Source: Azolla caroliniana (lineage: Eukaryota; Plantae; Polypodiophyta). Taken from it: 35,053 nt of DNA. The stretch spans positions 1 through 35,053 of the forward strand of contig JBHGNT010000322.1 in NCBI GenBank assembly GCA_043228905.1, in the 5' to 3' direction. Of this stretch, positions 1-12,600 are shown piece after piece; positions within the stretch are counted from its first letter, which is position 1; every line of letters begins with the position of its first letter. The position numbers were made by a program, and so were the translations under genes. Below the pieces are notes generated by a model. That model did no database searches and was not told where the DNA came from. It was given only the letters and a program-made list of their open reading frames with translations.

Positions 1-178
1 GCTTCGATTCGCATGTTTGAACACAAAAATCCGATATCACACGAGCCAGGTATGAACATTTTAATTTACTCAAGGGCTTCTCTCAACTCACTCCTCAAAT
101 TTGGTAATCTCATCATGTTTCTCGACCTGAGTTTCAAAATCTTGATTTCTTAATTCCATATCATAGCTAGCGTTGTTA
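1..178 (+). repeat. Representative A-type monomer (block ACTCAAGGGCTTCTCTC at monomer positions 68-84)
   Basis: Direct reading. Contains EcoRV GATATC (33-38), NheI GCTAGC (166-171), two TaqI TCGA sites (4-7, 122-125) and the palindrome CAAATTTG (96-103). Confidence 0.95.
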
Positions 179-356
179 GCTTCGATTCGCATGTTTGAAC
201 ACAAAAATCCGATATCACACGAGCCAGGTATGAACATTTTAATTTACTCAAGGGCTTCTCTCAACTCACTCCTCAAATTTGGTAATCTCATCATGTCTCT
301 CGACCTGAGTTTTAAAATCTTGATTTTTTAATTCCATATCATAGCTAGCGTAGTTA

Positions 357-534
357 GCTTCGATTTGCATGTTTGAACACAAAAATCCGATATCACACGA
401 GCCAGGTATGAACATTTTAATTTAACTCATAGCTCTTCTTAACTCACTCCTCAAATTTGGTAATTTCGTCATGTCTCGCGACCTGAGTTTCAAAATCTTG
501 ACTTTTTAATTCCATATCATAGCTAGCGTTGTTA
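357..534 (+). repeat. Representative B-type monomer (block AACTCATAGCTCTTCTT replacing the A block, usually linked to GGTAATTTCGTCATG)
   Basis: Direct reading; same 178-bp length as the A type. About 64 of 197 monomers are B or the C derivative by manual count. Confidence 0.93.
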
Positions 535-3381
535 GCTTCGATTCGCATGTTTGAACACAAAAATCCGATATCACACGAGCCAGGTATGAACATTTTAATT
601 TAACTCATAGCTCTTCTTAACTCACTCCTCAAATTTGGTATTTTCGTCATGTCTCTCGACCTGAGTTTCAAAATCTTGATTTTCTAATTCCATATCATAG
701 CTAGCGTTGTTAGCTTCGATTCTCATGTTTGAACACAAAAATCCGATATCACACGAGCGAGGTATGAACATTTTAATTTACTCAAGGGCTTCTCTCAACT
801 CACTCCTCAAATTTGGTAATCTCATCATGTCTCTCGACCTGAGTTTCAAAATCTTGATTTTTTAATTCCATATCATAGCTAGCGTTGTTAGCTTCGATTC
901 TTATGTTTGAACACAAAAATCCGATATCACACGAGCCAGGTAAGAACATTTTAATTTACTCAAGGGCTTCTCTCAACTCAGTCCTCAAATTTGGTAATCT
1001 CATCATGTCTCTCGACCTGAGTTTCAAAATCTTGATTTTTTAATTCCATATCATAGCTGCGTTGTTAGCTTCGATTCCCATGTTTGAACACAAAAATCTC
1101 ATATCACACGAGCCAGGTATGAACATTTTAATTTACTCAAGGGCTTCTCTCAAATCACTCCTCAAATTTGGTAATCTCATCATGTCTCTCGACCTGAGTT
1201 TGAAAATCTTGATTTTTTAATTCCATATCATAGCTAGCGTAGTTAGCTTCGATTCGCATGTTTGAACACAAAAATCCGATATCACACGAGCCAGGTATGA
1301 ACATTTTAATTTAACTCATAGCTCTTCTTAACTCACTCCTCAAATTTGGTAATTTCGTCATGTCTCTCGACCTGAGTTTCAAAATCTTGATTTTTTAATT
1401 CCATATCATAGCTAGCGTTGTTAGCTTCGATTCGCATGTTTGAACACAAAAATCCGATATCACACGAGCCAGGTATGAACATTTTAATTTACTCAAGGGC
1501 TTCTCTCAACTCACTCCTCAAATTTGGTAATTTCGTCATGTCTCGCGACCTGAGTTTGAAAATCTTGATTTTTTAATTCCATATCATAGCTAGCGTTGTT
1601 AGCTTCGATTCGCATGTTTGAACACAAAAATCCGATATCACACGAGCCAGGTATGAACATTTTAATTTACTCAAGGGCTTCTCTCAACTCACTCCTCAAA
1701 TTTGGTAATCTCATCATGTCTTTCGACCTGAGTTTCAAAATCTTGATTTCTTAATTCCATATCATAGCTAGCGTTGTTAGCTTCGATTCGCATGTTTGAA
1801 CACAAAAATCCGATATCACACGAGCCAGGTATGAACATTTTAATTTACTCAAGGGCTTCTCTCAACTCACTCCTCAAATTTGGTAATCTCATCATGTCTC
1901 TCGACCTGAGTTTTAAAATCTTGATTTTTTAATTCCATATCATAGCTAGCGTAGTTAGCTTCGATTTGCATGTTTGAACACAAAAATCCGATATCACACG
2001 AGCCAGGTATGAACATTTTAATTTAACTCATAGCTCTTCTTAACTCACTCCTCAAATTTGGTAATCTCATCATGTCTTCCGACCTGAGTTTCAAAATCTT
2101 GATTTTTTAATTCCATATCATAGCTAGCATTGTTAGCTTCGATTCGCATGTTTGAACACAAAAATCCGATATCACACGAGCCAGGTATGAACATTTTAAT
2201 TTAACTCATAGCTCTTCTTAACTCACTCCTCAAATTTGGTATTTTCGTCATGTCTCTCGACCTGAGTTTCAAAATCTTCATTTTCTAATTCGATATCATA
2301 TCTAGCGTTGTTAGCTTCGATTCTCATGTTTGAACACAAAAATCCGATATCACACGAGCGAGGTATGAACATTTTAATTTACTCAAGGGCTTCTCTCAAC
2401 TCACTCCTCTAATTTGGTAATCTCATCATGTCTCTCGACCTGAGTTTCAAAATCTTGATTTTTTAATTCCATATCATAGCTAGCGTAGTTAGCTTCGATT
2501 TGCATGTTTGAACACAAAAATCTCATATCACACGAGCCAGGTATGAACATTTTAATTTACTCAAGGGCTTCTCTCAACTCACTCCTCAAATTTGGTAATC
2601 TCATCATGTCTCTCGACCTGAGTTTCAAAATCTTGATTTTTTAATTCCATATCATAGCTAGCGTTGTTAGCTTCGATTCCCATGTTTGAACACAAAAATC
2701 TCATATCACACGAGCCAGGTATGAACATTTTAATTTACTCAAGGGCTTCTCTCAACTCACTCCTCAAATTTGGTAATCTCATCATGTCTCTCGACCTGAG
2801 TTTCAAAATCTTTATTTTTTAATTCCATATCATAGCTAGCGTAGTTAGCTTCGATTTGCATGTTTGAACACAAAAATCCGATATCACACGAGCCAGGTAT
2901 GAACATTTTAATTTAACTCATAGCTCTTCTTAACTCACTCCTCAAATTTGGTAATTTCGTCATGGCTCTCGACCTGAGTTTCAAAATCTTGATATTTTAA
3001 TTCCATAACATAGCTAGCGTTGTTAGCTTCGATTCGCATGTTTGAACACAAAATTCTGATATCACACGAGCCAGGTATGAACATTTTAATTTACTCAAGG
3101 GCTTCTCTCAACTCACTCCTCAAATTTGGTAATCTCATCATGTCTCTCGACCTGAGTTTCAAAATCTTGATTTTTTAATTCCATATCATAGCTAGCGTTG
3201 TTAGCTTCGATTCTTATGTTTGAACACAAAAATCCGATATCACAGGAGCCAGGTAAGAACATTTTAATTTACTCAAGGGCTTCTCTCAACTTAGTCCTCA
3301 AATTTGGTAATCTCATCATGTCTCTGGACCTGAGTTTCAAAATCTTGATTTTTTAATTCCATATCATAGCTAGCGTTGTTA

Positions 3382-3559
3382 GCTTCGATTCGCATGTTAG
3401 AACACAAAAATCCGATATCACACGAGCCAGGTATGAAGATTTTGATTTAGCTCATAGCTCTTCTCAACTCACTCCTCAAATTTGGTAATTTCGTCATGGC
3501 TCTCGACCTGAGTTTCGAAATCTTGATTTTTTAATTCCATATCATAGCTAGCATTGTTA
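3382..3559 (+). repeat. C-type (B-derived) monomer: TTAGAAC, TTTGATTTAGCTCATAGCTCTTCTC, GGCTCTC, TTTCGAAA, GCATTG
   Basis: Most divergent monomer class; copies start at 3382, 9611, 27050, 29365, 30255, 32749 and 33639. Confidence 0.88.
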
Positions 3560-6500
3560 GCTTCGATTCGCATGTTTGAACACAAAAATCCGATATCACA
3601 CGAGCCAGGTATGAACATTTTAATTTAACTCATAGCTCTTCTTAACTCACTCCTCAAATTTGGTAATTTCGTCATGTCTCTCGACCTGAGTTTCAAAATC
3701 TTGATTTTTTAATTCCATATCATAGCTAGCGTTGTTAGCTTCGATTCGCATGTTTGAACACAAAAATCCGATATCACACGAGCCAGGTATGAACATTTTA
3801 ATTTACTCAAGGGCTTCTCTCAACTCACTCCTCAAATTTGGTAATTTCGTCATGTCTCGCGACCTGAGTCTGAAAATCTTGATTTTTTAATTCCATATCA
3901 TAGCTAGCGTTGTTAGCTTCGATTCGCATGTTTGAACACAAAAATCCGATATCCCACGAGCCAGGTATGAACATTTTAATTTAACTCATAGCTCTTCTTA
4001 ACTCACTCCTCAAATTTGGTAATTTCGTCATGTCTCTCGACCTGAGTTTCAAAATCTTGATTTTTTAATTCCATATCATAGCTAGCGTTGTTAGCTTCGA
4101 TTCGCATGTTTGAACACAAAAATCCGATATCACACGAGCCAGGTATGAACATTTTAATTTACTCAAGGGCTTCTCTCAACTCACTCCTCAAATTTGGTAA
4201 TTTCGTCATGTCTCGCGACCTGAGTTTGAAAATCTTGATTTTTTAATTCCATATCATAGCTAGCGTTGTTAGCTTCGATTCGCATGTTTGAACACAAAAA
4301 TCCGATATCACACGAGCCAGGTATGAACATTTTAATTTACTCAAGGGCTTCTCTCAACTCACTCCTCAAATTTGGTAATCTCATCATGTCTCTCGACCTG
4401 AGTTTCAAAATCTTGATTTCTTAATTCCATATCATAGCTAGCGTTGTTAGCTTCGATTCGCATGTTTGAACACAAAAATCCGATATCACACGAGCCAGGT
4501 ATGAACATTTTAATTTACTCAAGGGCTTCTCTCAACTCACTCCTCAAATTTGGTAATCTCATCATGTCTCTCGACCTGAGTTTTAAAATCTTGATTTTTT
4601 AATTCCATATCATAGCTAGCATTGTTAGCTTCGATTCGCATGTTTGAACACAAAAATCCGATATCACACGAGCCAGGTATGAACATTTTAATTTAACTCA
4701 TAGCTCTTCTTAACTCACTCCTCAAATTTGGTAATTTCGTCATGGCTCTCGACCTGAGTTTCAAAATCTTGATTTTTTAATTCCATATCATAGCTAGCGT
4801 TGTTAGCTTCGATTCGCATGTTTGAACACAAAAATCCGATATCACACGAGCCAGGTATGAACATTTTAATTTAACTCATAGCTCTTCCTAACTCACTCCT
4901 CAAATTTGGTAATCTCATCATGTCTTCCGACCTGAGTTTCAAAATCTTGATTTTTTAACTCCATATCATAGCTAGCATTGTTAGCTTCGATTCGCAGGTT
5001 TGAACACAAAAATCCGATATCACACGAGCCAGGTATGAACATTTTAATTTAACTCATAGCTCTTCTTAACTCACTCCTCAAATTTGGTATTTTCGTCATG
5101 TCTCTCGACCTGAGTTTCAAAATCTTCATTTTCTAATTCGATATCATATCTAGCGTAGTTAGCTTCGATTCTCATGTTTGAACACAAAAATCCGATATCA
5201 CACGAGCGAGGTATGAACATTTTAATTTACTCAAGGGCTTCTCTCAACTCACTCCTCAAATTTGGTAATCTCATCATGTCTCTCGACCTGAGTTTCAAAA
5301 TCTTGATTTTTTAATTCCATATCATAGCTAGCGTAGTTAGCTTCGATTTGCATGTTTGAACACAAAAATCTCATATCACACGAGCCAGGTATGAACATTT
5401 TAATTTACTCAAGGGCTTCTCTCAACTCACTCCTCAAATTTGGTAATCTCATCATGTCTCTCGACCTGAGTTTCAAAATCTTGATTTTTTAATTCCATAT
5501 CATAGCTAGCGTTGTTAGCTTCGATTCCCATGTTTGAACACAAAAATCTCATATCACACGAGCGAGGTATGAACATTTTAATTTACTCAAGGGCTTCTCT
5601 CAACTCACTCCTCAAATTTGGTAATCTCATCATGTCTCTCGACCTGAGTTTCAAAATCTTGATATTTTAATTCCATAACATAGCTAGCGTTGTTAGCTTC
5701 GATTCGCATGTTTGAACACAAAATTCTGATATCACACGAGCCAGGTATGAACATTTTAATTTACTCAAGGGCTTCTCTCAACTCACTCCTCAAATTTGGT
5801 AATCTCATCATGTCTCTCGACCTGAGTTTCAAAATCTTGATTTTTTAATTCCATATCATAGCTAGCGTTGTTAGCTTCGATTCTTATGTTTGAACACAAA
5901 AATCCGATATCACACGAGCCAGGTAAGAACATTTTAATTTACTCAAGGGCTTCTCTCAACTCAGTCCTCAAATTTGGTAATCTCATCATGTCTCTCGACC
6001 TGAGTTTCAAAATCTTGATTTTTTAATTCCATATCATAGCTGCGTTGTTAGCTTCGATTCCCATGTTTGAACACAAAAATCTCATATCACACGAGCCAGG
6101 TATGAACATTTTAATTTACTCAAGGGCTTCTCTCAAATCACTCCTCAAATTTGGTAATCTCATCATGTCTCTCGACCTGAGTTTGAAAATCTTGATTTTT
6201 TAATTCCATATCATAGCTAGCGTAGTTAGCTTCGATTCGCATGTTTGAACACAAAAATCCGATATCACACGAGCCAGGTATGAACATTTTAATTTAACTC
6301 ATAGCTCTTCTTAACTCACTCCTCAAATTTGGTAATTTCGTCATGTCTCTCGACCTGAGTTTCAAAATCTTGATTTTTTAATTCCATATCATAGCTAGCG
6401 TTGTTAGCTTCGATTCGCATGTTTGAACACAAAAATCCGATATCACACGAGCCAGGTATGAACATTTTAATTTACTCAAGGGCTTCTCTCAACTCACTCC

Positions 6501-8710
6501 TCAAATTTGGTAATTTCGTCATGTCTAGCGACCTGAGTTTGAAAATCTTGATTTTTTAATTCCATATCATAGCTAGCGTTGTTAGCTTCGATTCGCATGT
6601 TTGAACACAGAAATCCGATATCACACGAGCCAGGTATGAACATTTTAATTTACTCAAGGGCTTCTCTCAACTCACTCCTCAAATTTGGTAATCTCATCAT
6701 GTCTCTCGACCTGAGTTTCAAAATCTTGATTTCTTAATTCCATATCATAGCTAGCGTTGTTAGCTTCGATTCGCATGTTTGAACACAAAAATCCGATATC
6801 ACACGAGCCAGGTATGAACATTTTAATTTACTCAAGGGCTTCTCTCAACTCACTCCTCAAATTTGGTAATCTCATCATGTCTCTCGACCTGAGTTTTAAA
6901 ATCTTGATTTTTTAATTCCATATCATAGCTAGCGTAGTTAGCTTCGATTTGCATGTTTGAACACAAAAATCCGATATCACACGAGCCAGGTATGAACATT
7001 TTAATTTAACTCATAGCTCTTCTTAACTCACTCCTCAAATTTGGTAATTTCGTCATGTCTCGCGACCTGAGTTTCAAAATCTTGATTTTTTAATTCCATA
7101 TCATAGCTAGCGTTGTTAGCTTCGATTCGCATGTTTGAACACAAAAATCCGATATCACACGAGCCAGGTATGAACATTTTAATTTAACTCATAGCTCTTC
7201 TTAACTCACTCCTCAAATTTGGTATTTTCGTCATGTCTCTCGACCTGAGTTTCAAAATCTTGATTTTCTAATTCCATATCATAGCTAGCGTTGTTAGCTT
7301 CGATTCTCATGTTTGAACACAAAAATCCGATATCACACGAGCCAGGTATGAACATTTTAATTTACTCAAGGGCTTCTCTCAACTCACTCCTCAAATTTGG
7401 TAATCTCATCATGTCTCTCGACCTGAGTTTCAAAATCTTGATTTTTTAATTCCATATCATAGCTAGCGTAGTTAGCTTCGATTTGCATGTTTGAACACAA
7501 AAATCTCATATCACACGAGCCAGGTATGAACATTTTAATTTACTCAAGGGCTTCTCTCAACTCACTCCTCAAATTTGGTAATTTCGTCATGTCTCGCGAC
7601 CTGAGTTTGAAAATCTTGATTTTTTAATTCCATATCATAGCTAGCGTTGTTAGCTTCGATTCGCATGTTTGAACACAAAAATCCGATATCACACGAGCCA
7701 GGTATGAACATTTTAATTTACTCAAGGGCTTCTCTCAACTCACTCCTCAAATTTGGTAATCTCGTCATGTCTCGCGACCTGAGTTTGAAAATCTTGATTT
7801 TTTAATTCCATATCATAGCTAGCGTTGTTAGCTTCGATTCGCATGTTTGAACACAAAAATCCGATATCACACGAGCCAGGTATGAACATTTTAATTTACT
7901 CAAGGGCTTCTCTCAACTCACTCCTCAAATTTGGTAATCTCATCATGTCTCTCGACCTGAGTTTCAAAATCTTGATTTCTTAATTCCATATCATAGCTAG
8001 CGTTGTTAGCTTCGATTCGCATGTTTGAACACAAAAATCCGATATCACACGAGCCAGGTATGAACATTTTAATTTACTCAAGGGCTTCTCTCAACTCACT
8101 CCTCAAATTTGGTAATCTCATCATGTCTCTCGACCTGAGTTTTAAAATCTTGATTTCTTAATTCCATATCATAGCTAGCATTGTTAGCTTCGATTCGCAT
8201 GTTTGAACACAAAAATCCGATATCACACGAGCCAGGTATGAACATTTTAATTTACTCAAGGGCTTCTCTCAACTCACTCCTCAAATTTGGTAATCTCATC
8301 ATGTCTCTCGACCTGAGTTTTAAAATCTTGATTTTTTAATTCCATATCATAGCTAGCATTGTTAGCTTCGATTCGCATGTTTGAACACAAAAATCCGATA
8401 TCACACGAGCCAGGTATGAACATTTTAATTTAACTCATAGCTCTTCTTAACTCACTCCTCAAATTTGGTAATTTCGTCATGGCTCTCGACCTGAGTTTCA
8501 AAATCTTGATTTTTTAATTCCATATCATAGCTAGCGTTGTTAGCTTCGATTCGCATGTTTGAACACAAAAATCCGATATCACACGAGCCAGGTATGAACA
8601 TTTTAATTTAACTCATAGCTCTTCCTAACTCACTCCTCAAATTTGGTAATCTCATCATGTCTTCCGACCTGAGTTTCAAAATCTTGATTTTTTAACTCCA
8701 TATCATAGCT
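3382..8710 (+). repeat. Segmental duplication within the array, copy 1 (monomers M20-M49)
   Basis: Same order of rare markers as 9611-15120 at an offset of 6229 bp (35 monomers): GAAGAT C-type, GTCTGA, ATCCCACG, GCAGGT, 177-bp monomer, TCTAGCGA, ACACAGA, ATCTCGT. Confidence 0.88.
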
Positions 8711-9610
8711 AGCGTTGTTAGCTTCGATTCGCATGTTTGAACACAAAAATCCGATATCACACGAGCCAGGTATGAACATTTTAATTTACTCAAGGGCTTC
8801 TCTCAACTCACTCCTCAAATTTGGTAATCTCATCATGTCTCTCGACCTGAGTTTTAAAATCTTGATTTTTTAATTCCATATCATAGCTAGCGTAGTTAGC
8901 TTCGATTTGCATGTTTGAACACAAAAATCCGATATCACACGAGCCAGGTATGAACATTTTAATTTAACTCATAGCTCTTCTTAACTCACTCCTCAAATTT
9001 GGTAATTTCGTCATGTCTCGCGACCTGAGTTTCAAAATCTTGATTTTTTAATTCCATATCATAGCTAGCGTTGTTAGCTTCGATTCGCATGTTTGAACAC
9101 AAAAATCCGATATCACACGAGCCAGGTATGAACATTTTAATTTAACTCATAGCTCTTCTTAACTCACTCCTCAAATTTGGTATTTTCGTCATGTCTCTCG
9201 ACCTGAGTTTCAAAATCTTGATTTTCTAATTCCATATCATAGCTAGCGTTGTTAGCTTCGATTCTCATGTTTGAACACAAAAATCCGATATCACACGAGC
9301 CAGGTATGAACATTTTAATTTACTCAAGGGCTTCTCTCAACTCACTCCTCAAATTTGGTAATCTCATCATGTCTCTCGACCTGAGTTTCAAAATCTTGAT
9401 TTTTTAATTCCATATCATAGCTAGCGTAGTTAGCTTCGATTTGCATGTTTGAACACAAAAATCTCATATCACACGAGCCAGGTATGAACATTTTAATTTA
9501 CTCAAGGGCTTCTCTCAACTCACTCCTCAAATTTGGTAATCTCATCATGTCTCTCGACCTGAGTTTCAAAATCTTGATTTTTTAATTCCATATCATAGCT
9601 AGCGTTGTTA

Positions 9611-12600
9611 GCTTCGATTCGCATGTTAGAACACAAAAATCCGATATCACACGAGCCAGGTATGAAGATTTTGATTTAGCTCATAGCTCTTCTCAACTCA
9701 CTCCTCAAATTTGGTAATTTCGTCATGGCTCTCGACCTGAGTTTCGAAATCTTGATTTTTTAATTCCATATCATAGCTAGCATTGTTAGCTTCGATTCGC
9801 ATGTTTGAACACAAAAATCCGATATCACACGAGCCAGGTATGAACATTTTAATTTAACTCATAGCTCTTCTTAACTCACTCCTCAAATTTGGTAATTTCG
9901 TCATGTCTCTCGACCTGAGTTTCAAAATCTTGATTTTTTAATTCCATATCATAGCTAGCGTTGTTAGCTTCGATTCGCATGTTTGAACACAAAAATCCGA
10001 TATCACACGAGCCAGGTATGAACATTTTAATTTACTCAAGGGCTTCTCTCAACTCACTCCTCAAATTTGGTAATTTCGTCATGTCTCGCGACCTGAGTCT
10101 GAAAATCTTGATTTTTTAATTCCATATCATAGCTAGCGTTGTTAGCTTCGATTCGCATGTTTGAACACAAAAATCCGATATCCCACGAGCCAGGTATGAA
10201 CATTTTAATTTAACTCATAGCTCTTCTTAACTCACTCCTCAAATTTGGTAATTTCGTCATGTCTCTCGACCTGAGTTTCAAAATCTTGATTTTTTAATTC
10301 CATATCATAGCTAGCGTTGTTAGCTTCGATTCGCATGTTTGAACACAAAAATCCGATATCACACGAGCCAGGTATGAACATTTTAATTTACTCAAGGGCT
10401 TCTCTCAACTCACTCCTCAAATTTGGTAATTTCGTCATGTCTCGCGACCTGAGTTTGAAAATCTTGATTTTTTAATTCCATATCATAGCTAGCGTTGTTA
10501 GCTTCGATTCGCATGTTTGAACACAAAAATCCGATATCACACGAGCCAGGTATGAACATTTTAATTTACTCAAGGGCTTCTCTCAACTCACTCCTCAAAT
10601 TTGGTAATCTCATCATGTCTCTCGACCTGAGTTTCAAAATCTTGATTTCTTAATTCCATATCATAGCTAGCGTTGTTAGCTTCGATTCGCATGTTTGAAC
10701 ACAAAAATCCGATATCACACGAGCCAGGTATGAACATTTTAATTTACTCAAGGGCTTCTCTCAACTCACTCCTCAAATTTGGTAATCTCATCATGTCTCT
10801 CGACCTGAGTTTTAAAATCTTGATTTTTTAATTCCATATCATAGCTAGCATTGTTAGCTTCGATTCGCATGTTTGAACACAAAAATCCGATATCACACGA
10901 GCCAGGTATGAACATTTTAATTTAACTCATAGCTCTTCTTAACTCACTCCTCAAATTTGGTAATTTCGTCATGGCTCTCGACCTGAGTTTCAAAATCTTG
11001 ATTTTTTAATTCCATATCATAGCTAGCGTTGTTAGCTTCGATTCGCATGTTTGAACACAAAAATCCGATATCACACGAGCCAGGTATGAACATTTTAATT
11101 TAACTCATAGCTCTTCCTAACTCACTCCTCAAATTTGGTAATCTCATCATGTCTTCCGACCTGAGTTTCAAAATCTTGATTTTTTAACTCCATATCATAG
11201 CTAGCATTGTTAGCTTCGATTCGCAGGTTTGAACACAAAAATCCGATATCACACGAGCCAGGTATGAACATTTTAATTTAACTCATAGCTCTTCTTAACT
11301 CACTCCTCAAATTTGGTATTTTCGTCATGTCTCTCGACCTGAGTTTCAAAATCTTGATTTTCTAATTCGATATCATATCTAGCGTAGTTAGCTTCGATTC
11401 TCATGTTTGAACACAAAAATCCGATATCACACGAGCGAGGTATGAACATTTTAATTTACTCAAGGGCTTCTCTCAACTCACTCCTCAAATTTGGTAATCT
11501 CATCATGTCTCTCGACCTGAGTTTCAAAATCTTGATTTTTTAATTCCATATCATAGCTAGCGTAGTTAGCTTCGATTTGCATGTTTGAACACAAAAATCT
11601 CATATCACACGAGCCAGGTATGAACATTTTAATTTACTCAAGGGCTTCTCTCAACTCACTCCTCAAATTTGGTAATCTCATCATGTCTCTCGACCTGAGT
11701 TTCAAAATCTTGATTTTTTAATTCCATATCATAGCTAGCGTTGTTAGCTTCGATTCCCATGTTTGAACACAAAAATCTCATATCACACGAGCCAGGTATG
11801 AACATTTTAATTTACTCAAGGGCTTCTCTCAACTCACTCCTCAAATTTGGTAATCTCATCATGTCTCTCGACCTGAGTTTCAAAATCTTGATATTTTAAT
11901 TCCATAACATAGCTAGCGTTGTTAGCTTCGATTCGCATGTTTGAACACAAAATTCTGATATCACACGAGCCAGGTATGAACATTTTAATTTACTCAAGGG
12001 CTTCTCTCAACTCACTCCTCAAATTTGGTAATCTCATCATGTCTCTCGACCTGAGTTTCAAAATCTTGATTTTTTAATTCCATATCATAGCTAGCGTTGT
12101 TAGCTTCGATTCTTATGTTTGAACACAAAAATCCGATATCACACGAGCCAGGTAAGAACATTTTAATTTACTCAAGGGCTTCTCTCAACTCAGTCCTCAA
12201 ATTTGGTAATCTCATCATGTCTCTCGACCTGAGTTTCAAAATCTTGATTTTTTAATTCCATATCATAGCTGCGTTGTTAGCTTCGATTCCCATGTTTGAA
12301 CACAAAAATCTCATATCACACGAGCCAGGTATGAACATTTTAATTTACTCAAGGGCTTCTCTCAAATCACTCCTCAAATTTGGTAATCTCATCATGTCTC
12401 TCGACCTGAGTTTGAAAATCTTGATTTTTTAATTCCATATCATAGCTAGCGTAGTTAGCTTCGATTCGCATGTTTGAACACAAAAATCCGATATCACACG
12501 AGCCAGGTATGAACATTTTAATTTAACTCATAGCTCTTCTTAACTCACTCCTCAAATTTGGTAATTTCGTCATGTCTCTCGACCTGAGTTTCAAAATCTT

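Noticed and set aside
2-18. CENP-B box at CTTCGATTCGCATGTTT
   Set aside because: Only the TTCG part matches; the required downstream A and CGGG are absent.
1-178. Arabidopsis CEN178/CEN180 or primate alpha satellite
   Set aside because: Similar length only; no recognisable motifs of those families and no consensus HindIII site. This rests on memory, not on a database search.
933-946. Splice-donor-like CAGGTAAG in TAAG-variant monomers
   Set aside because: A single SNP of the satellite consensus (CAGGTATG) with no exon or ORF context; most likely chance.
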